Source of the DNA: Methanocaldococcus jannaschii DSM 2661
GTDB taxonomy: Archaea > AGJL01 > Methanococci > Methanococcales > Methanocaldococcaceae
Length of the DNA stretch: 6,484 nt
Direction: 5' to 3'
Assembly (NCBI RefSeq): GCF_000091665.1
Contig: NC_001732.1
Location: 1-6,484 of the forward strand
Shown: positions 1-4,557 of the stretch, piece after piece
How positions within the stretch are numbered: the stretch's first letter is position 1
Layout: each line of letters begins with the position of its first letter
The notes under the pieces: generated by a model
The model's input: the letters and a program-made list of their open reading frames with translations, nothing else
Told to the model about the DNA's origin: nothing
The model's database searches: none
Made by a program: the position numbers and the translations under genes

Positions 1-177
1 TATACTCTCGTAATTTATATGTGCTATTTTTGAACTTAGATACCTTTAGGTATCACCATATAATAAATAAATTTACTTTAGCTCTCATCAAGTATGTGAA
101 TATACTGTTATTAACTCATGCATACCAGGAATAAATTTTAATTAATTTAGATATTAATCTCATTATAGGTGTTAAAA

Positions 178-348
178 ATGGATTATGAGAGCAAAAAAGT
201 TGATTATTTAGTTAATCCTAGCATAGAAAAACTAATCCAACTTTTAACTAGTGGAATTAACAACAGTGTTATAACCCTATTTACACATTGCAAGGTTTAT
301 TATGATGGGAGAGCAATTGGATTATCTTTTAAATATTGTCAAAAATGA
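178..348 (+). CDS. 56-aa ORF absent from the supplied track, with a NucS/EndoMS-N-terminal-like sequence; probably the 5' part of a frame-broken gene that continues in 302..1051
   Basis: ATG at 178 is preceded by AGGTG (167-171) at 6-nt spacing. It translates to MDYESKKVDYLVNPSIEKLIQLLTSGINNSVITLFTHCKVYYDGRAIGLSFKYCQK with stop TGA at 346-348. The C-x-V-x-Y-x-GR-A pattern recalls the NucS N-terminal beta-strand motif as I remember it. It overlaps the 302..1051 ORF in a different frame. Confidence 0.4.
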   Translation: MDYESKKVDYLVNPSIEKLIQLLTSGINNSVITLFTHCKVYYDGRAIGLSFKYCQK

Positions 349-1051
349 TAAAAAGTTTTTAGAAACTCTTAAAAACATGAAAATTGACGTAGATTCAGAT
401 GAAGAACTTAGTAAAATATTTTTTATAATAATAACATTCCCATTCTGGTTAAGATGTCATGATGATATCAAAAATGCCCTACGTCTAATAGACAAAATTA
501 CAAACAAGGGAAGTTTTACTAAAGTATTGGATAACTCAATGAAGGAATATCATGTATTCTATATTTATGATGTGGACAAACTATCTGACCTTATAGCTGA
601 AGAATTAAAAAGATTATACCTTATATGTAAATCAGAAGGAAAAAGTTATTATGAAAATATATTTTTCAGATTGGATAGGAAGTCAATATTAAAATTATTT
701 ATGAAAATATCCCCTTTCAAACAATTAGATGTTATTAAAGGAAAGCTCAAAAATCAATTAGATTTCTTTGAAGAATATTTCAATAATATTGAAAAAATTG
801 GTTATTTTTCAATAAGAATGGAAAATAGTCGTTATAATGAGCATATTAAATCACTTCATCCTAAATTAATAATATCATTGAGAGTAGATAAGGTGCATAT
901 ACGTTTAGAAGCTCAAATAGACTACTACAATATAAATAACGAAAATGAAGAAGCATATAAGAAAATTTTAGAACTGATGAAACTCAATTTACTCACAATA
1001 GGTTATAAAGCAGTTGAAAAATTCCTTGAGGAAATTTATGAAGAAGTTTAA
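302..1051 (+). CDS. hypothetical protein (249 aa as tracked); 5' end uncertain
   Basis: This is a long ORF with the same K/E/I/Y-rich composition as its neighbours. Only a weak AGGT (293-296) precedes ATG 302, and the frame is open back to 275. I recognised no catalytic or nucleotide-binding motif. It may be the downstream part of a gene that initiates at 178 (see findings). Confidence 0.6.
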   Translation: MMGEQLDYLLNIVKNDKKFLETLKNMKIDVDSDEELSKIFFIIITFPFWLRCHDDIKNALRLIDKITNKGSFTKVLDNSMKEYHVFYIYDVDKLSDLIAEELKRLYLICKSEGKSYYENIFFRLDRKSILKLFMKISPFKQLDVIKGKLKNQLDFFEEYFNNIEKIGYFSIRMENSRYNEHIKSLHPKLIISLRVDKVHIRLEAQIDYYNINNENEEAYKKILELMKLNLLTIGYKAVEKFLEEIYEEV

Positions 1052-1081
1052 CCAACTTCCAATATTGGTATAAAAATACTA

Positions 1082-1381
1082 TTATAACTTGCTTGCAATT
1101 TCTATTGCAGTTTTTAAATCCTCTATTGTCCTTTGGGAGAGGATATAATTATCCACACAAAATTTTAGATTCTCTTTTAATGATTTTTCTTGGTCTAACA
1201 AGGATAATCTTTGGATTATTCTTTTAATTACACCCTGATAATAATAAACTTCTGAATTTTTACTACTCTCCATTTTTAAAATAAGTTTTTTCAATTTGTA
1301 TATTGCTTCAATTGTTGGTAATTCTAAAAGTTCTTCAAAAGCTGTCATAATATCCCACCAAAATATTCTAAAGTTATTCAT
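1082..1381 (-). CDS. hypothetical small protein (99 aa, start trimmed from the 129-aa track ORF)
   Basis: The in-frame ATG at 1381-1379 overlaps the stop of the upstream 108-aa ORF, reading ATGAATAA on the minus strand. That 8-nt overlap is typical of translational coupling. The 30 codons upstream of it lie inside the 108-aa ORF and are Cys/Ser/Ile-rich junk-like sequence. An alternative start is ATG 1348, preceded by GGTGGG at about 7 nt, which would give 88 aa. I recognised no family. Confidence 0.55.
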
Positions 1382-1700
1382 CTGGGAATAGACACAAATT
1401 ACACTTGATAATCCACTTTTTATTCTTATCATCTGGATACACATCGATAATATTATGCTCATCATCAGCATACTCTAATCTTGAAGTCCATGGGAGTGTT
1501 TTTAGAGTGGAAATAAGAGCATTCAAAACATTCTTTCTAAAACTATCTTCACTTGAAGATTTTAACAAACTTTCCAAAGATTTTATAAATTCAACCAACT
1601 CCTCAATCTCTCCCCTCATAACCTCATCAAAAGTTAATTCTAAATCGCACTTTATAATCCATTCTCCAAAACCACCAACTTGAACCTTACAATCCCTCAT
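1374..1700 (-). CDS. hypothetical acidic small protein (108 aa) with related N- and C-terminal WIIKC segments
   Basis: ATG 1700 is preceded on the minus strand by GGGTGG (TTGTGGGTGGTTAA-ATG). By my count it has 22 acidic and 14 basic residues. [13 protein letters not shown] (1623-1661) and [13 protein letters not shown] (1377-1415) match at 9 of 13 residues. I recognised no family. Confidence 0.6.
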
Positions 1701-1886
1701 TTAACCACCCACAATTAGAATATAATTTAAGTATTCTCATAAGATTTTGTTAAAACTTCTTTCCTTATAATATAAATAGCATCTCCATCGTTATTCCAAA
1801 TAGCATATTTCTAAACTACTAACAATTAATATTAGGTAATGATACTTGAAGATGAGCGTTTTAAATATTTACCAAAACTCATAAAA

Positions 1887-1921
1887 ATGATAATTTCAAT
1901 TATCATAATTATAATTATCAT
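1887..1921. promoter_or_regulatory. operator-like dyad ATGATAATT-TC-AATTATCAT plus a third AATTATCAT half-site, just upstream of the ATPase start
   Basis: A 20-bp dyad with perfect 9-bp arms and a 2-nt spacer lies at 1887-1906. AATTATCAT recurs at 1913-1921, and the ATPase ATG is at 1934. The sequence is AT-only and low in complexity, so chance is not excluded. Confidence 0.25.
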
Positions 1922-1933
1922 TATGGGATTAGT

Positions 1934-3253
1934 ATGTTTGTGGATAGAGAAGAAGAACTAAAAGCATTAAATGAAAAGTTAGATAGTAACAACTTTGAAT
2001 TCATAGTTATTTATGGGAGAAGAAGAATAGGGAAGACAAAGTTGGCATTAAAAAGTGTAGAAAATAGGGAGCATATTTATTACTTAGCAGTTGAGGGAGA
2101 TAATTTAAAGCATTTTAAAAGATATGCTTCAAAGGTTGAACCAACAATTGAATATGCTAAAGAGGATTGGGAAGCATATTTTAACTTTTTAAAAGATAAA
2201 ATCATTATCATTGATGAGTTTCCAAACTTAATTAAAGAAAATCCTAATGTATTATCTCTATTCCAGAGAATTGTAGATATACATTTAAAAAATACAAAAA
2301 CAAAACTTATTATTCTTGGCTCATCAATATCCATGATGGGAGAGAAGGTCTTAAGTTATAAATCTCCTCTTTATGGGAGAAAAACTGGAGTTTTGAAGAT
2401 TAAACCATTGAAGTTTAAGCATTTAAAGGAATTTTTCCCAAAAGCTATTTGGGAAGAGTTGGTTGAAATTTATGGTTTTGCTGATGGTATTCCATACTAT
2501 CTTGAGAAGGTAAAACTTCCATTTTGGGATTACTTAGATAAAGAGATTAAGAGAGTTGATAGTTTTTTGAGATATGAGGTTGATTTCTTGATGAAGTATG
2601 AGTTTGAGGAGCCAACAACTTATAAAAAGATTCTTGAGGCAATAGCTTTTGGTAATCACACACTTGGAGAGATAAAGAATTACTTGGGCTTTAAGCATTC
2701 AGATTTAACACCATATTTAAAAAACTTGATTGAGGTTGAATTTATAGAGAGGCAAACTCCTATTACAGAAAGTGTAAAATCAAAAAAGGGGAGGTATTAC
2801 ATTAAAGATAATTTTATTGCTTTTTATTTTAGGTATATTTTTCCAAATTTATCTGCAATTGAAGAGGGGATTTTTGATATTGAGGAGATAAAGGCTGATT
2901 ATAATCAATATTTAGGATTTGTCTTTGAAAAAGTTGCTAAGGAGTTTTTAATTGAGCTGAATAAAATGAATAAATTACCATTTAAGTTTTTAAAGATTGG
3001 AAGATGGTGGCATAGGGGAGAAGAGATTGACTTAATTGCTTTAAATGATAATGATAAAAAAGCTTTATTTGTTGAGGTTAAATGGAAGGATTTGAAAGAT
3101 AGAGATGTTAAAAAGATATATAGGGATTTGTATAGAAAGTCAAAACTTGTTGGATTAGATGATTATGAAAAATATTATGCCATTGTTGGAAAGAAGATTG
3201 AGAGTAAAGAGAATGGAGATTGTTTATTATTTGATTTGGAGGATTTCTCATAA
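1934..3253 (+). CDS. AAA+ 'archaeal ATPase' family protein with wHTH and C-terminal DUF234-like PD-(D/E)xK module (439 aa)
   Basis: Walker A is GRRRIGKT (2015-2038) and Walker B is IIIIDEF (D94 at 2213). The segment LILGSSIS resembles sensor-1. A wHTH-like segment reads TLGEIKNYLGFKHSDLTPYLKNLIEVEFIER. The C-terminal EIDLIAL...ALFVEVKWK supplies D366 (3029), E381 (3074) and K383 (3080), a restriction-endonuclease-like D..ExK. The N-terminal FVDREEEL is typical of the multi-paralog Methanococcales/Thermococcales family. Confidence 0.9.
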   Translation: MFVDREEELKALNEKLDSNNFEFIVIYGRRRIGKTKLALKSVENREHIYYLAVEGDNLKHFKRYASKVEPTIEYAKEDWEAYFNFLKDKIIIIDEFPNLIKENPNVLSLFQRIVDIHLKNTKTKLIILGSSISMMGEKVLSYKSPLYGRKTGVLKIKPLKFKHLKEFFPKAIWEELVEIYGFADGIPYYLEKVKLPFWDYLDKEIKRVDSFLRYEVDFLMKYEFEEPTTYKKILEAIAFGNHTLGEIKNYLGFKHSDLTPYLKNLIEVEFIERQTPITESVKSKKGRYYIKDNFIAFYFRYIFPNLSAIEEGIFDIEEIKADYNQYLGFVFEKVAKEFLIELNKMNKLPFKFLKIGRWWHRGEEIDLIALNDNDKKALFVEVKWKDLKDRDVKKIYRDLYRKSKLVGLDDYEKYYAIVGKKIESKENGDCLLFDLEDFS

Positions 3254-3264
3254 AAGTTATTGGG

Positions 3265-3453
3265 GTGGAAATTATAGCATTATTGATTGAAGAAGGAATC
3301 ATAATAATAAAAGATAAAAAAGTTGCAGAGAGGTTTTTAAAAGATTTAGAATCATCACAAGGAATGGATTGGAAAGAAATTAGAGAAAGAGCAGAAAGAG
3401 CTAAGAAACAACTTGAAGAGGGGATTGAATGGGCAAAGAAGACGAAATTATAA
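3265..3453 (+). CDS. small charged hypothetical protein (62 aa, GTG start as tracked); possible antitoxin-like partner of the downstream pseudogene
   Basis: The ORF starts 11 nt after the ATPase stop and has a K/E-rich helical composition. Its 3' end is overlapped by 25 nt by the ATG (3429) of the downstream degraded gene. It has no well-spaced SD and a GTG start, so the start and even the reality of this gene are uncertain. Confidence 0.35.
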   Translation: MEIIALLIEEGIIIIKDKKVAERFLKDLESSQGMDWKEIRERAERAKKQLEEGIEWAKKTKL

Positions 3454-3723
3454 TCCTACTAAAAATATTATTAGAAGAATATGATGAAGAAAAAGTAAAA
3501 GCTTTATTAAACTCTTTTCTTGCCACAAAAATTTAGATGTTGAGAATTTTTTTTAAAGAATTCTGCAATATTATTTGAAAAATTAAATAAGAGCAGAATA
3601 TATCTAATTTTCAAAAGAGGGACTAATGATATTTTAGCATACTTCACTCTAACAATCTCTATCTTAAAAATAGTTGATGAAAAAATATCAAAAAAGACAT
3701 TAATTTTGTATAGGATAATTTAA
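3429..3723 (+). pseudogene. frameshifted, 3'-truncated remnant of a GNAT-acetyltransferase-like (TA-toxin-like) gene
   Basis: Three consecutive frames read MGKEDEIIILLKILLEEYDEEKVKALLNSF / SCHKNLDVENFF / LKNSAILFEKLNKSRIYLIFKRGTNDILAYFTLTISILKIVDEKISKKTLILYRII*. The frame breaks fall at the T4 run 3515-3518 and the T8 run 3547-3554, and adding one T at each restores the frame. The pattern F-x-C..(L)D.E.FL...A.....SR.YL....IL.YFTL matches the N-terminal half of GNAT toxins as I recall them. The acetyl-CoA motif (Q/R-x-x-G-x-G/A) is absent, so the gene is truncated. Confidence 0.45.
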
Positions 3724-3761
3724 GTTTAGAATTTAAAATTTATAAATTTTATAATTTAATT

Positions 3762-3787
3762 GTTAATTGACTTTGAAGTCAATTCAC
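3762..3787. repeat. 26-bp palindromic repeat, copy 1 (GTTAATTGACTTTGAAGTCAATTCAC)
   Basis: Read directly from the sequence. It differs from copy 3 at 2 of 26 positions. The TGA stop of the 116-aa minus-strand ORF (3784-3786) lies inside the arm. Confidence 0.9.
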
Positions 3788-4134
3788 CTTATCAATTTCT
3801 CATACTCTTTGTCAATGGCAGTTCTAAGTGCTTCCATCCAATTTTCTGAAAGTTTTATATATCTCCTCGGCCTATTTGCTGGAGCTTCCAATTTTCTTGT
3901 TTTTATTATACCCACTTCCTCCAAATAAGTAAAAACCCTCCTCCATTTTCTCAACACAAGAGTAGGATCTTCCTTCATCGCCTCAGCCAAGGCAATATTA
4001 CACATTTCCATAGGACCACACTTACAATAACCACTCTCAAAATGCCTCTCACAAGCAAAAAGAACTTTTTTAAATTCTTCTGAATGTTCAAGAACTGCAA
4101 TTAATCTAAATAATGTTCTAAGCTCTACACTCAT
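3784..4134 (-). CDS. small Cys/His-cluster protein with C-terminal winged-helix-like DNA-binding region (116 aa); candidate regulator
   Basis: The SD-like GGAGTG lies 5 nt before ATG 4134, and a TATA-like TTTTATAC lies about 27-34 nt upstream on the minus strand. The cluster C28-x2-H31-x5-C37-x-C39-x5-C45 spans 4000-4053. The segment RKWRRVFTYLEEVGIIKTRKLEAPANRPRRYIKLS looks like a recognition helix plus a basic wing. The gene is flanked on both sides by the 26-bp palindrome. Confidence 0.75.
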   Translation of the reverse strand: MSVELRTLFRLIAVLEHSEEFKKVLFACERHFESGYCKCGPMEMCNIALAEAMKEDPTLVLRKWRRVFTYLEEVGIIKTRKLEAPANRPRRYIKLSENWMEALRTAIDKEYEKLIR

Positions 4135-4176
4135 AATCCCACTCCTATAAAGATGCCAAGGTATAAAAGTCTATTA

Positions 4177-4202
4177 GTGAATTGACTTTAAAGTCAATTC
4201 AG
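4177..4202. repeat. 26-bp palindromic repeat, copy 2 (GTGAATTGACTTTAAAGTCAATTCAG); candidate operator
   Basis: The inner 24 bp (4178-4201) form a perfect palindrome. It sits 43 bp upstream of the 116-aa gene start, immediately upstream of a TATA-like element on the minus strand. Confidence 0.9.
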
Positions 4203-4278
4203 CATTATTATATAGTATATCCCTAATTGTTTATATTTCAAACGGAAAAATAAATATTTTGAAAATGAACAATAGCAT

Positions 4279-4419
4279 TTATTTTTCACATTTTTCATTA
4301 GATTCATCTTTTTTAATTGGTTTATCCAACATTTTAGGTATTAAAAGTGTAAGAACAAGAACTAACACTATATACACCAACATTGCAGTAAGAAACACTA
4401 ACAACCTTCCCTCAACCAT
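4279..4419 (-). CDS. 46-aa single-pass membrane peptide (ORF not in the supplied track)
   Basis: On the minus strand GGGAGGT is followed by 7 nt and then ATG 4419. The ORF translates to MVEGRLLVFLTAMLVYIVLVLVLTLLIPKMLDKPIKKDESNEKCEK with stop TAA at 4281-4279. It has a hydrophobic stretch of about 22 residues followed by a charged tail. T-rich tracts follow the stop. It lies between palindrome copies 3 and 2. Confidence 0.55.
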   Translation of the reverse strand: MVEGRLLVFLTAMLVYIVLVLVLTLLIPKMLDKPIKKDESNEKCEK

Positions 4420-4483
4420 TCTAATAACCTCCCAACAAACTAACTAATTTTTTATTCTAAAAAACTTATACTTAGATGCCATT

Positions 4484-4509
4484 GTGAATTGACTTTGAAA
4501 TCAATTCAC
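4484..4509. repeat. 26-bp palindromic repeat, copy 3 (GTGAATTGACTTTGAAATCAATTCAC)
   Basis: Read directly from the sequence. It lies 49 nt downstream of the nurA stop and 65 nt upstream of the 46-aa ORF start on the minus strand. Confidence 0.9.
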
Positions 4510-4538
4510 TCTCAAATTTGTATTCCAACAGTGACATG

Positions 4539-4553
4539 AAAAAGAAAATAAAC
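4539..4553 (-). terminator. oligo-T tract downstream of nurA (archaeal-type terminator candidate)
   Basis: The minus strand reads GTTTATTTTCTTTTT immediately after the nurA TGA stop (4560-4558). Archaeal RNA polymerase terminates at oligo-T runs. Confidence 0.4.
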
Positions 4554-4557
4554 TATA

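Noticed and set aside
39-54. Dyad GATACCT-TT-AGGTATC in the left-end intergenic region
   Set aside because: It has short 7-bp arms, occurs once, and its upstream gene context is outside the window. I cannot distinguish terminator, operator or chance.
1059-1068. CCAATATTGG palindrome between the convergent genes at 1051 and 1082
   Set aside because: It is only 10 bp long, which is too short to support a terminator or binding-site call.
1382-1471. N-terminal 30 codons of the tracked 129-aa minus-strand ORF
   Set aside because: This stretch overlaps the 3' third of the 108-aa ORF in another frame and reads [20 protein letters not shown].., which looks like junk. The internal ATG at 1381 forms a classic ATGA-type stop/start overlap.
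1405-1683. 92-aa plus-strand ORF
   Set aside because: It lies entirely antisense to the 108-aa/99-aa minus-strand genes. Its Ser/Ile/Phe-rich low-complexity translation and lack of an SD mark it as a shadow ORF typical of AT-rich DNA.
1839-1961. 40-codon plus-strand ORF (MILEDERFKYLPKLIKMIISIIIIIIIIMGLVCLWIEKKN) upstream of and overlapping the ATPase start
   Set aside because: The poly-Ile stretch is simply the translation of the ATAATT repeat/dyad region. AGGT sits only 1 nt from the ATG, and the ORF overlaps the ATPase start out of frame. It is probably spurious, though a leader peptide cannot be excluded.
2080-2334. 84-aa minus-strand ORF
   Set aside because: It is antisense inside the well-supported ATPase CDS, and I recognised no RBS or motif.
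3026-3033. Isolated half-sites of the palindrome (ATTGACTT at 3026-3033; AATTGAC near 372-378; AAGTCAAT near 679-686)
   Set aside because: These are single 7-8-mers inside coding regions with no dyad partner, which is compatible with chance in 6.5 kb.
3108-3302. 64-aa minus-strand ORF
   Set aside because: It is antisense to the ATPase 3' end and has low-complexity Asn/Ile/Gln-rich sequence.
3481-3487. ATGATGA (C-box-like) suggesting a C/D box sRNA; similar TGATGA hits lie inside CDSs (e.g. 462-468, and 5699-5705 on the minus strand)
   Set aside because: No CTGA D or D' box lies at the appropriate distance and there is no terminal stem. All other hits are embedded in coding sequence.
3734-3751. 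18-bp AT-only perfect palindrome TAAAATTTATAAATTTTA
   Set aside because: It is pure A/T low-complexity sequence in an AT-rich intergenic region, which is expected by chance and has little information content.
4259-4447. 62-aa plus-strand ORF
   Set aside because: It has an Asn/Thr/Ser/Ile-rich low-complexity product and no SD. The opposite strand carries a much better small gene (4279-4419) with a GGGAGGT RBS.
3762-4509. Possibility that the three palindromic repeats are a CRISPR array or integron attC sites
   Set aside because: There are only three copies, spaced 307-415 bp apart, with genes and promoters between them rather than 30-40 bp spacers. At 26 bp the repeats are far shorter than attC sites (about 57-141 bp) and lack the R/L box organisation. 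No cas or intI gene is in view.
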